A stretch of DNA of 64,000 nt from a virus (taxonomy: Duplodnaviria > Caudoviricetes). Below, one piece after another: positions 19,505 through 29,358 of this stretch. Location: the IMG/VR virus record IMGVR_UViG_3300031993_000017; one strand, written 5' to 3'. Each line of letters begins with the position of its first letter. Positions within the stretch are counted from its first letter, which is position 1. A program made the position numbers and the translations under genes. The notes beneath the pieces were generated by a model. It was not told where the DNA came from, did not search any database, and saw nothing but the letters and a program-made list of their open reading frames with translations.

Positions 19505-20698
19505 TCAATCACTTATGGTTTGACTTACTTCTTCAGAACCTTCTAACGCTACACTATTAGGATTTCCTTCAATGTCATTTATAATAAAAGTCTTCAGTTT
19601 GTTAAAGTACTCAGGATTGTTTTGAACATACTCCAACACCTTTGCAAATCCATTGATCTTCAAAGGCTTGTTTGTATTCGGATCCTCAATTATTTCTCCA
19701 GTCATCGGGTCGCATATAGTGAACCATGCACCACCTTTCTTGATGATTCCATATTTGTTTACAGCTAACTGACAGAAATCAATATCAACTCGGATACCAG
19801 ATTTCGCCATAAGATAGTAAGAACCATTTCTGCGATCCCAGGGTGCGGACTTCTGTTTTGTTATCTTAGCATTGATAATGTAACCAGAAGGATTCTCAGA
19901 TTTCTGAGGAAGTTCATTCCCTACAAAATCAACAGGGCTCCCGATTTGGAATAAGATTCTGAGAGAAGCATAGAACTTCAATGCGTTTCCGCCCGGAGTG
20001 TTTGGCACATATGGATTATCCATATTGTCACGAACTTGATTGATACACAAGAGAGTTGTTTCATATCTTGTAAGCAACGGAATTACTTCTCTCAAAAATG
20101 TAGTAAGCAATCCTGCGATTGGTGCAACGGTACGCTCACCAATCTTCTTATCTAACTCCGCTCTAGAAACAAGCGAAGGAACGCTGTCTACAACAATAAG
20201 ACCTAGCTCACCAGTCTGTATAACAACTCTGATAAACTGTAGAATATCTTCTGCAACAACATCCGGCGGTTGCATAATCTCAATGTTAGAACTATCAATT
20301 CCAAGCGTTTTAGACCAAGCAGCGTCAAAAGAGTGCTCTAGATCAATGTACAGGATCTTTTTAGGTCCTCGTTCTTCAAGTTCTTCAATATCAACTAATG
20401 CAGATTTGTTTCCATTATTCGCAAGTTCTCTTAACTCTGCAATTTGATCGTCATACTCTTTCCTGAATATTTCATGAGCATTTTTGCAGATATCAACAGA
20501 AGAGCTCGATTTTCCACCACCAGGATATCCATAAAATTCTGTGATTGCATTTCTAGGAATACCACCATAAGTAGAGTAATTTAACAGTGGGCTAGAAAAA
20601 GGAAGTTTCCTGCCTGAATTTTTGCTTGCGCCATCCATAAGTGATGGGCAGTTCCAATCCTTTTTCAGTTTCTCAATCATTTCAGAATAGCTAGCCAT
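19505..20698 (-). CDS. recA: RecA-like recombinase
   Basis: GGIPR..ITEFYG..GGGKS, IDLEH, VVDSV, INQVR, PGGNALKFYAS. Confidence 0.95.
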   Translation of the reverse strand: MASYSEMIEKLKKDWNCPSLMDGASKNSGRKLPFSSPLLNYSTYGGIPRNAITEFYGYPGGGKSSSSVDICKNAHEIFRKEYDDQIAELRELANNGNKSALVDIEELEERGPKKILYIDLEHSFDAAWSKTLGIDSSNIEIMQPPDVVAEDILQFIRVVIQTGELGLIVVDSVPSLVSRAELDKKIGERTVAPIAGLLTTFLREVIPLLTRYETTLLCINQVRDNMDNPYVPNTPGGNALKFYASLRILFQIGSPVDFVGNELPQKSENPSGYIINAKITKQKSAPWDRRNGSYYLMAKSGIRVDIDFCQLAVNKYGIIKKGGAWFTICDPMTGEIIEDPNTNKPLKINGFAKVLEYVQNNPEYFNKLKTFIINDIEGNPNSVALEGSEEVSQTISD

Positions 20699-20713
20699 TT
20701 AACAACCTCTTTC

Positions 20714-21244
20714 TTATTTGATATACACATCTTTTTGATAATCAGGTAATTTGTCTATGTCAGGTTCACTTATTGGATTTGATTTTTCTGTTGACCTTCT
20801 ACCGTCCCAAATCTTCTTGCAACCCATTATGAGTTCCTTACAGTAAGACATTTCAGATTCTGCTCTGGAAATAACCGATGTATAAACAGCTACTAGCACT
20901 TCATAATCTGCCATTTCGCTTGCTACAAAATCTGTCTTAGGGATTGATGATTTCTCTGGAATATTTTTCAGTACTTCAACTTTTTGTTTTTTGATCTGAA
21001 GTTTTAATACTTCTTGCTCTAACTTTAATTTATTCAATGCTTCCGATGCAGTAAAAAGGTTCAATGGTAATACTGTCAGAACGTCTTCCAATTCCTTATC
21101 GGTAATCGGCTGAACCTTTGACTGCATCCGCTTATGCAAATCACGAACATCTGATAAATATTCTTCAAAATGTATCCTATAGAGATTATCGGCAGTTGCG
21201 TTAACATCATCTAAGATAGGTTTATACTTATTTGAATCAATCAT
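20714..21244 (-). CDS. Hypothetical helical protein (possible recombination mediator)
   Basis: Coiled-coil ORF between dnaX and recA. Confidence 0.55.
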   Translation of the reverse strand: MIDSNKYKPILDDVNATADNLYRIHFEEYLSDVRDLHKRMQSKVQPITDKELEDVLTVLPLNLFTASEALNKLKLEQEVLKLQIKKQKVEVLKNIPEKSSIPKTDFVASEMADYEVLVAVYTSVISRAESEMSYCKELIMGCKKIWDGRRSTEKSNPISEPDIDKLPDYQKDVYIK

Positions 21245-21249
21245 TTTTA

Positions 21250-22728
21250 TCAACCTGCTTTCTGAGGAATACTGCAAAGATAAGTCAATGCAGTTTCCTG
21301 TAAATACTGAGTTGATTTTAAAGCACTATTCAACTCAACTAGCTTACCTGCTAACCTCAAACAGATAATGACATGATTTGTTCCATACTTTGAAATTTTA
21401 TCTTGGTAGTAAGAAGGAATCATGGTCTTTTGAATATCTTGTAAGAAAATATACTTCACTACATTCATTACAAATCCATGAAATCCTTCAAACCACTTAG
21501 CAAAATTCACACCGGAATTATATACTCGATCAATGATTTCAGTAATCTTTGCATTATCCTTCTTTGCATAGGCACCAAGTAATGCAAAATAATCATCGTA
21601 GTTAGGAAGATTCAAAGCCTTAACAACATTTTCAGTTGTAATATCATGACTGAATGCAAGTGCTTTATCAAGACTCGTGAGACTGTCTCTCATACCACCG
21701 TTGGATAACTTTGCGATGTAGAGAATAGCATCGTCAGTATAAGTGTAATCCATACCTTCTGCAATCTCAGAATCCATTACATATTTCAATCTGTTATAGA
21801 TACCTTCCAGGCTTATCTTAGATAATTGAAATGTTTGAACTCTGGATATGATAGTAGCAGGAATCTTTTCTGGATTAGTAGTACAGAAGATAAATACGCT
21901 TCTTGCAGGTTGCTCTTCTAGTACCTTCAGGAGAACTTGCCAAGCCTGAGGAGTTAAAACATGACACTCATCGATGATGAAGCACTTATACTTAGATCCA
22001 ATCGGATATGTAGAAGCTTGTTGAACTAACTCACGCATACTGTCAACACCGTTGTGAGATGCTGCGTCAATTTCTATAGACTCTCCGATGTTATCATTTA
22101 AAACATTTGCTATGATTCTTGCAGAAGTTGTATTATGAGTCAGAATATAATCATCAGATACATAAGTATGATCTTCATGATCTATCATAATACACTGGCA
22201 GTCTTCTTCACCAATGTACTTTATATCTTCAATTCTACGATATTCATCAATATCTGGAATATCATCAGTAGCACATGAATAATTTGATAAATCTGAACGT
22301 GGTATAGATAGATTAAGCCCATCTCCAAAAAGACGAACTAAATAGTCTGTAGTGACTACCTTAATTGAACCTTCAACATAAACTACATTTAAGTGTAGAT
22401 CTGCAACTCGAATTGAACCACCATCTGCTAGAACTAATTCATAAATAGGCCTAACACCTTGCGGATATACTCCAGAAACTTTCCCAGTATGCCCCTGCCC
22501 AGTGATTACCTCAGTTCCAATCTTAACATCACGCATTTCAATGAACCCATTAGGTGTTAACACATGACTATCAAGTGGCTGTGCTTTCCCAGTGCCTGCA
22601 GGACCTGTAAGCAGAAAGTTCCGGTTAGATAATGTAGATTCGCACAGAGACTTCAACATCTTCACTACAAGTGTTTGTTCAGTCATATCTTCCCAGGTTT
22701 TTGGTCTATACTTTGTAGCTAAACTCAT
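21250..22728 (-). CDS. dnaX: Clamp-loader ATPase (DnaX gamma/tau-like) with intein
   Basis: LATKYRP, GPAGTGK|TT, EIDAAS, IIDECH, LLKVLEE, TIISR, GGMRD. Confidence 0.92.
   Translation of the reverse strand: MSLATKYRPKTWEDMTEQTLVVKMLKSLCESTLSNRNFLLTGPAGTGKAQPLDSHVLTPNGFIEMRDVKIGTEVITGQGHTGKVSGVYPQGVRPIYELVLADGGSIRVADLHLNVVYVEGSIKVVTTDYLVRLFGDGLNLSIPRSDLSNYSCATDDIPDIDEYRRIEDIKYIGEEDCQCIMIDHEDHTYVSDDYILTHNTTSARIIANVLNDNIGESIEIDAASHNGVDSMRELVQQASTYPIGSKYKCFIIDECHVLTPQAWQVLLKVLEEQPARSVFIFCTTNPEKIPATIISRVQTFQLSKISLEGIYNRLKYVMDSEIAEGMDYTYTDDAILYIAKLSNGGMRDSLTSLDKALAFSHDITTENVVKALNLPNYDDYFALLGAYAKKDNAKITEIIDRVYNSGVNFAKWFEGFHGFVMNVVKYIFLQDIQKTMIPSYYQDKISKYGTNHVIICLRLAGKLVELNSALKSTQYLQETALTYLCSIPQKAG
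22132..22584 (-). mobile_element. Ala-initiated (class 3-type) mini-intein, 151 aa, in the DnaX P-loop
   Basis: Starts AQPLD, block F CQCI, ends LTHN followed by Thr; splicing restores GTGKTT. Confidence 0.88.
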
Positions 22729-23522
22729 CAGCGAAATCCCTTTCCATATTCTTGACATTTTTTATAGTACGGACACATAGACGGTGTACACCATTTATCA
22801 CCCACTGGAAGACCTTCTGGAGCAAGATTAGACTTCACTGCATCTAAAACTGCATTGAATCTTTCAAAAGTTTTGTTCCACGATTGCTCACTTACTTTTA
22901 ACTCAAAGCATTTTAGCCCTCCATACTGACGATCTTGGTACACTACTAACACATTTGGAAGTTTTAGAAGTGCCGAATACGTCTGTATCTGGTCTACATG
23001 TTCTGGTTTAACTGTAGTTAGTGCTTGCCAAGACGATGCTTCGGAAGTCTTTATCTCCAGTAAGTAAGGCTTTCCATATACTTTAACGATTCCATCACAT
23101 GCAAATCTAACGGGCGGGTCATAGAAAGTTACTAAAGTTTCAGGGCTATCTTCAGACTTCTCTACATCAAACGGACGTCCTATGTTTGAATTGGACAAAT
23201 GCTCTGCTACATCAATCCAATCATCACCTAAAAGCTCTATCAGGTTAGATTGTAAATTCCTATGGCACGCTGTTCCAATGTCTGCAATGAATGAAAGAGT
23301 TGTGTCTGGATTACTTACTACATCTGGAACGACACCTCTTAATTTGAACCACTGAAGCCTATCACATCTCAGGCTAGAGGGTGAAAAAGTCTTCCCTCTA
23401 ACCTGAGATTTTTCTTCAGATATTTTTGCTGTCAGATGCTTCTCGTAGTTATCTAAAAATTCACAACTGATTGCTGAATTGAATCGGCTACCAGAAATAG
23501 AAGAGATTTTCTTAAATGCCAT
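22728..23522 (-). CDS. Cas4-like PD-(D/E)xK exonuclease
   Basis: SPSSLRC, GTACH, CDG...LEIKT, QIQTY, C-terminal C..C.Y...C Fe-S ligands. Confidence 0.8.
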   Translation of the reverse strand: MAFKKISSISGSRFNSAISCEFLDNYEKHLTAKISEEKSQVRGKTFSPSSLRCDRLQWFKLRGVVPDVVSNPDTTLSFIADIGTACHRNLQSNLIELLGDDWIDVAEHLSNSNIGRPFDVEKSEDSPETLVTFYDPPVRFACDGIVKVYGKPYLLEIKTSEASSWQALTTVKPEHVDQIQTYSALLKLPNVLVVYQDRQYGGLKCFELKVSEQSWNKTFERFNAVLDAVKSNLAPEGLPVGDKWCTPSMCPYYKKCQEYGKGFR

Positions 23523-23534
23523 GATTGTTCCTCA

Positions 23535-24668
23535 TTATTCTAATCCGGCCATCATAGTAACAAGCTTATCATTCCAGAAAAGTAATCCTGATACTGCTTC
23601 AGGATCATCCGGAGAAGCAAGAGGATACATGTTAACAGATTCTGACTCGTCATAAGTGCTGATAACCTTACGAAGACGATCTACTTCAAATATAACCTCA
23701 AAGGATTTATAGTTAGTTGTCTTGATAGGGATTACGCAATCAATGTTCTTGTTCACTATACGAACTACATCATCAGCCTTAGTAAAACGAACAACACTAT
23801 CACCGTCTGCAAAGATAAGTGCCTGGCCAAGATACTTGAGAATTTCAGAAGTAGATGCACTGAAAGATTCGGATAACTTCTGGTCGTCAATATTCATCAT
23901 TCCTAAGAAGATATCTGAGTTATAGGTTCCCATATCAGGATCATCTTCGTAGCTAGGAGTGAATTCAGACACATACTTGAAACTATCAGTAGCAAATGAA
24001 ATTACATAAGATCTACCAAATCGTACAACCGAACATTTCTCAGGTAACGAAATAAGCAGGTTGATAATAGTGTCTTTAAGTAAACACGACTCACCTAACT
24101 TAGATACATTCGACTTAGTAAAGAGACCGTTATCATAATCACCTACGATAACATCGCCACTGTTGCCTACCCAAACTTGTGTGTATACTTTGTGCACAAA
24201 TGACATCGAGATAGCGTACATCTGATGGTCTTTTACATACTTCCATTCTGCCTCGGAAATCTTTACATCTTCTCCAGAGTTTTCAGAAGTAGGCTTATTG
24301 AATTCCAGACCTTCAATATCAAGAGATCTAGGAACTGTAAACTTAGACTTTCCAGACCTTACAATCAATCCGTCATTTCCGTTAGGATCATATTCGAACG
24401 AAATTGTGGAAGTATCAATACTAGATACAAGCTGCTTGAACAAAGAACTTGATACAAACAATGTGCTTCTTCCTTCCGGACCTTCATATGAACCTAACAA
24501 ATCTACCTGAGTTTTGATTCCAGATGCTTCTACATTAACAGACATTCCGGAACTAGAGAACGAAAGTTCTACTACCGTACTACGCTTGTCGTAATTTGAA
24601 ATGTTTCCATTGATGATACTTAAAGAAAGAGCATCATCAAGTGGTTTAGTATTTGTTGTAAAAATCAT
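23535..24668 (-). CDS. dnaN: Sliding clamp (DnaN/beta-like)
   Basis: 377 aa, three-domain size, SGKSKFTV motif, adjacent to clamp loader and polymerase. Confidence 0.65.
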   Translation of the reverse strand: MIFTTNTKPLDDALSLSIINGNISNYDKRSTVVELSFSSSGMSVNVEASGIKTQVDLLGSYEGPEGRSTLFVSSSLFKQLVSSIDTSTISFEYDPNGNDGLIVRSGKSKFTVPRSLDIEGLEFNKPTSENSGEDVKISEAEWKYVKDHQMYAISMSFVHKVYTQVWVGNSGDVIVGDYDNGLFTKSNVSKLGESCLLKDTIINLLISLPEKCSVVRFGRSYVISFATDSFKYVSEFTPSYEDDPDMGTYNSDIFLGMMNIDDQKLSESFSASTSEILKYLGQALIFADGDSVVRFTKADDVVRIVNKNIDCVIPIKTTNYKSFEVIFEVDRLRKVISTYDESESVNMYPLASPDDPEAVSGLLFWNDKLVTMMAGLE

Positions 24669-24671
24669 GTC

Positions 24672-26939
24672 TTACATTTCCTTTCTAGAATTTTTAATTG
24701 AATAAGCCATCATCCTCCCGTAGAGAGTTTCGTTCTCTATCATATCTAGAAACTCTTCCCGAAGTATACGTCTTTTAACGATGTAGTCTTCGATGTTTTG
24801 TGTATACATCTCTGACACAACACCGTTTATTCCATGTGCAGGATCTCCCTTAGGTTTGCTACCATCAGGTTCATTGTAAACAGGTAACAAGTACTCCATT
24901 TCTCTAAGATGGTACTGAATCCATTTTATTTCTTCTGGATCAGTTGTATCAACCGACTTAGGTTTTGGATACTTACAAGGAAACTCTTCTCCATACCAAC
25001 GAAGTGTAGTAGTTACATCACACTTAGATGGGAACGGCAAGAAGTTAGCAGCTTCGCACATTATACTAGAAAGAAGTCTTCCACCTTCTTCCCAAGCCTC
25101 CATTGGAACTTCGGCTAATAACTCATCGTGGACGGGAATGAGTAATCTTCCGCATATCTTCTTCCAATCGGGGCTATTTTCTAGCATTATCATAGCAAGT
25201 TTTGTTTGGTCGGCCGCACTCTATATTACTATATCTTTCAAAATAGTACAGACTATATCTTCTGAATATGTTAAAACATTCAGTTCACCATTTCAACTGG
25301 TAACTCATCTTCCAGCTTACTCCTCAACAACGAGGATAGTCGTTACACTTTAATTTCTACTTTAGTCCAAGCATGTAATGTAGAAATTCTTAGCACGGTA
25401 TCACCTGCTATCCATTTCTGGACCGTAGGCTCTCTTAGTCAGCTGCTTCGTCATTTGAAATATGTATATCGCTTTAGCTTAGATACATTGTCTTATTCTG
25501 CTGATACCGTTAGCACTGCAATTATGCAGCACACCTATGAGTAATGTAGTTAGATGAATAAGGGCAGTGCAGCGGTCTACCCTGTATCATAGAATTCAGT
25601 GTCTGACGAGATCCGTCTTGAATCTTACTACGATTGTTAGTAACTCGTATGTGCTCATTCTCGTACAATTCTTTTATTCTAGGAGCCATCTGCCCCATGT
25701 ACTTGTACTGTTTGAATTCTTTGCACAATTCATCTTTTATTCTCTGCGGAATATCCGAAGATTCTTTTAAAGTAGAAGGATCTAAAGGATCTACATCCGG
25801 ATTAACGTATCCTTTCATTGCAGAAAATTCAAACTCGGGTAACTGCATCTCAGGAATATGTCTACGCCTCCCAAGTATTGTTTCAACATATCCATACTTT
25901 CGTGCAAACGCCTGTGCAGATTTCATAAGTGCTAAGATTCCAGGAAATGCTTTCAGAACAGAATCATATACTTTCTGAGCAGATTTCAATTTCTCCTCTT
26001 TTGTCATATCGTCGCGTTTGCCATACAACTGATCTGCAATAGACGGAATAGCACGACCATAGGTTATCAAATATGGTAAAATTTAGACTATATCATTACC
26101 GTGTTGTTCAACGGTACTTTGCGCTTCCGATGGTAACTCATCTTCCACCGTACAATTAGTCGTTAGACCTTATCAAGAATATTCTCGATCTTGGCACAGG
26201 ATTTGCATCAGCATTCCCTGTTAGCAGATTGATAAAGTGATCATTTCCTATCACACCAATTAAGTTCAATCCACACCCATGAGTAATATGGTTCACAAAG
26301 TTTTCATTCTACACTACAAGAGAACAACTTGTGTAGACGGGGCATAACCTTTTTAGTTTACCCAATAGTATTGTTTTTGCTTCTCCTCGACGCTTCTTAC
26401 CGTCAGGTTGGTACTCACCTGTTTCTGGATGAAACTCCAAACATTTTTCATATGGAACATTGAATGATAAACTTGCAATTCCTGCGTAAATGTCCCTTCC
26501 GTCTTGGAAGGTCTTTATCATTCCTTTATCACCGCTTATAAAAGCAGTTAATCTTGGTTCTTGTGCCTTGAACCTGTATTATGAATGTTCGCTACACATT
26601 CTCTCCGATCACTCGGAGTATCGGACTATATCTTAACACTGAAATTCTGTTACCAAATTTGCAGTGTTCCCTACGTTTCCACTTCGCTTGAAGCGTACTC
26701 TACTCGCTTGGTTATCTCAATTGACCTAGCACTACAGCTATTTATACATTTCTGTAAATGTCAATTTCTAGCATTCGATAGTCTCTACGGTTGTAAATTA
26801 TACAACCTCGGTATCGCCTTATTGTCGGTAAGGTTTCACCGATTTATAGGGTTTTACTACAGCACACAATTCTACTGTAGTCAGAAGACAACATTACATA
26901 GGCCGGGGTCTGTATCTGTATCTTCCAATCGCTTGACAA
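24672..26939 (-). CDS. polA: Family A DNA polymerase, C-terminal (palm/fingers) subunit; exons 26939-26874, 26566-26360, 26067-25579, 25220-24672 (~436 aa)
   Basis: Splicing restores motif A SSDYS|AQEPR, motif B RRGEAKTILLG|ITYG and IQG|SAAD; motif C VHDE; TTG start 7 nt after SD GGAGGTG. Confidence 0.85.
25221..25578 (-). ncRNA. Group I intron 4 in polA (358 nt, no ORF)
   Basis: Exon ends CAGGGU pairing with IGS GCCCU; P10 GCUGCACU/AGUGCGGC; GUAACGACUA and AAGAUAUAGUCU core; terminal G. Confidence 0.9.
26068..26359 (-). ncRNA. Group I intron 3 in polA (292 nt, no ORF)
   Basis: Exon GGGU/IGS GCCC; P10 GGUUAU/AUAACC; AACGACUA and GAUAUAGUCU core; terminal G. Confidence 0.9.
26567..26873 (-). 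ncRNA. Group I intron 2 in polA (307 nt, no ORF)
   Basis: Exon ACUACAGU/IGS GCUGUAGU; P10 UUGUGU/GCACAA; AGAGACUA and AAGAUAUAGUCC core; terminal G. Confidence 0.9.
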
Positions 26940-29330
26940 CCTTAACCACCTCCACTTCATTATTTTTCAATATAACTTCATCTCCGACGGATAAAGTGTT
27001 TACCGTTTTCATGCCATTTGGTGTATAAACTTTGTCATATCTTCCAAGTGCTACTGTAATTTCAGATTCATCTTCAACACACGCTAGTACTTTATCCATA
27101 GGAGGTGTTGCTCTGAACATATGTCGAATATCTGTTGCATGTGATGGAATATTTTGCATATTCAAAAATATTTGTGGACTATATCTTCGATACCCTCAAT
27201 CATAATTGACGAGTATTGTTCGGCATTTCGAAAAGTAAATAGTTACTTTCCTACTCCTTTATTGGATAGTCTCTGCACCTTACACAATTTTCGATACAAT
27301 GCATGAATTTTACCATGTCCACTGATTGTTGCTAAAGCAAGATTATGTATATCATTGTTCATTTTATCTCCATCAATGTGATGAACAATGAAACCTTTTG
27401 GAATCTCTGTAATACCAAGTGCTTGACACATTACAACACTGTGATAAAACACGTACCCAGATCCTGCCCTTCCTGTATACCAATCAGGCTTCAGAACCAT
27501 AAGATATCCATGTCCGTCTTCAACAAATTCCCTGTAGTTTGGATGTTGTTCTCTAGTCTTACCCGTCATTGGATTCTTATCACCAAGTTTTGATAGCGTA
27601 TACAGTCTCGCTTTTCGTTTATCTTGATACTCTTTTGTAAAATTATCATCGAGTATCATTTTGTAGACATAGTATTCAATTTTCGCTTCTTTAACAATAT
27701 CTTCCTGTCTCATGTTGGTGTTTGCATACAATCCACACACCAATTGAATAAGTTCCTCATCAACAACCTTTTTAGTAGTTGATTTGTTTTTATGGTAAGC
27801 ATGTATACCGTTTTCAAACATTACACGTCTTAGTGTATCCTCTTTAAGAGTAAACTTATTGCAGGTTTCTTCAACCGTGTGACCATTTTCAATGAATGAT
27901 CTGATTGCGGATATTGTTTCTTCATTAAATTGTATCTTACGCATATCATGTACCTCCAAAGGTAGATATATGTGTGTCTTGGCTCATGGTTATGCAACTG
28001 CCCTTCCATGAGTTAACCGAATTTTATGACCCCAATATGCTTTCTTAGGGTCAGCAGATGAAAGCCTGCCCGTATTGGCCCCAATTTGTTTGAACTGTGC
28101 ATGAATTCTACTATCGGATGTAGTAGCATTTGGCATCTTGTCAACAAATGTGCTGAGAAGTACTCCAATACTACGAACTTTCAGTATTTGATTTACTACA
28201 GGAATGTTCAACTCTGCAAGTACGTCCTTGTCTGTACTCATCTTGCCGTCTCTATCTGGCGGAGTGTTCAACACAGTATAAATCAAATACTTGGTATGAA
28301 CAGGGGATTTAGGATTAAAATCTTTTCCGCTAAAAAATGGTTGCTTCACTTTAGAGGATTGAATATTTACGACATGTTCTTTTAAAACACCATCAACCAT
28401 TTCTGCCAGTCGAGCTTTTTCTGTGAGCTCTAATTCATGATATCTTGCCTGAACTACACTAGCAACATCCTTGTCAATGAATGCACCGATTCTGTGCATA
28501 TTTTGACAAATTGGAATGAGTGGAATTTCTACATTCCACACAAGATCTGCAATTCTCTCCAGATGTGCTTTCTGGCACTTAGGAGACATCTTATCAAGAT
28601 ACTTGATTTCAAAGAGATACAATTCATAGGTAATCTTAGCATCGTTTGCTGCATACAGACCTGCAACTTCAGGTTTGCAGTAAGGGAACAGTTCTGGCGA
28701 GAAGAAATCACTAAACTTCTTAGGATCACCTTTTCCCTTCAGTACATATTTGTTATAAAGTTCCTTCAATCCATTCTTCAGTTCATTTTCTTTCAAGCAT
28801 CTCCAGGCAAGAATTACATCAAAATAACACACCTTGTTCAAATCTACATGAAGGTCTTTGTAGATCATAGCTAAGTCGAAATCCGCATTAGCAAAAACTA
28901 ACTTAACATTGTTGTCTGCTAGTCGTTGAAATTCAGAAGAAACATCTTGATAACTTAACTGGTTCTTGTAAGGAACATCAAATATAGGAACAAGATGCTT
29001 CATAGGAATGTATATCTCAGATTCACCTGGATAATACAATGAAGCTCCTACGATTGTATCTTTGATCCTATCCAGTCCTGTTGTCTCGGTATCTATTCCA
29101 GCAATACCAAAATCAATCAATCGAGAAACATATTCATGAAGTTCTTCTTTAGTAGTGACTAGCCTAGCAGTAGAATCTTTGAAATATTCAACAACTTCTT
29201 TTGATATTTCGTTCAATTTATCTATTACACTGCTAGATTTCATAGATGATTTAGGCGGTTGCAGAGCAGAATTACTCTGCTCTGCAGCCTTGTTTATCTT
29301 ATCCATTTGGTCTATGCTGAATAAACCCAT
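26881..29330 (-). CDS. polA: Family A DNA polymerase, N-terminal subunit (3'-5' exonuclease plus thumb); exons 29330-28047 and 27162-26881 (~521 aa)
   Basis: ExoI DTETTG, ExoII NADFD, ExoIII YAAND; TGRLSSADP|NMQNIP joined by splicing; ends in a Hint-like tail and TGA. Confidence 0.85.
27163..28046 (-). ncRNA. Group I intron 1 in polA (884 nt) carrying an HNH endonuclease gene
   Basis: Exon UGACCCU/IGS GGGGUCA; P10 GCAUAUU/AAUAUGC; CAGAGACUA and AAGAUAUAGUCC core; terminal G. Confidence 0.92.
27243..27959 (-). CDS. Intron-encoded HNH homing endonuclease
   Basis: VHHIDGDKMNNDIHNL...H...H; lies inside intron 1. Confidence 0.88.
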   Translation of the reverse strand: MEVHDMRKIQFNEETISAIRSFIENGHTVEETCNKFTLKEDTLRRVMFENGIHAYHKNKSTTKKVVDEELIQLVCGLYANTNMRQEDIVKEAKIEYYVYKMILDDNFTKEYQDKRKARLYTLSKLGDKNPMTGKTREQHPNYREFVEDGHGYLMVLKPDWYTGRAGSGYVFYHSVVMCQALGITEIPKGFIVHHIDGDKMNNDIHNLALATISGHGKIHALYRKLCKVQRLSNKGVGK

Positions 29331-29358
29331 CTAGATCACCTCCTCAAATTTGAAAGAC

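Noticed and set aside
22728-23522. Cas4-like gene as evidence of a CRISPR system
   Set aside because: No repeat-spacer array or other cas genes seen; solo Cas4-like nucleases are common in phage replication modules
26940-27100. Fifth intron or canonical split intein at the polA break
   Set aside because: No group I core or IGS, and the second ORF lacks a His-Asn-(C/S/T) junction; kept only as a Hint-like split
27990-28046. Apparent C-terminus KKAYWGHKIRLTHGRAVA of the polymerase ORF, and similar tails of ORFs 26309-26521 and 25522-26070
   Set aside because: Read-through into intron sequence; splice sites lie upstream
24672-29330. polA as a pseudogene or stop-codon-recoded gene
   Set aside because: Four breaks are explained by precise group I introns and the fifth has its own SD/start; other genes are intact under the standard code
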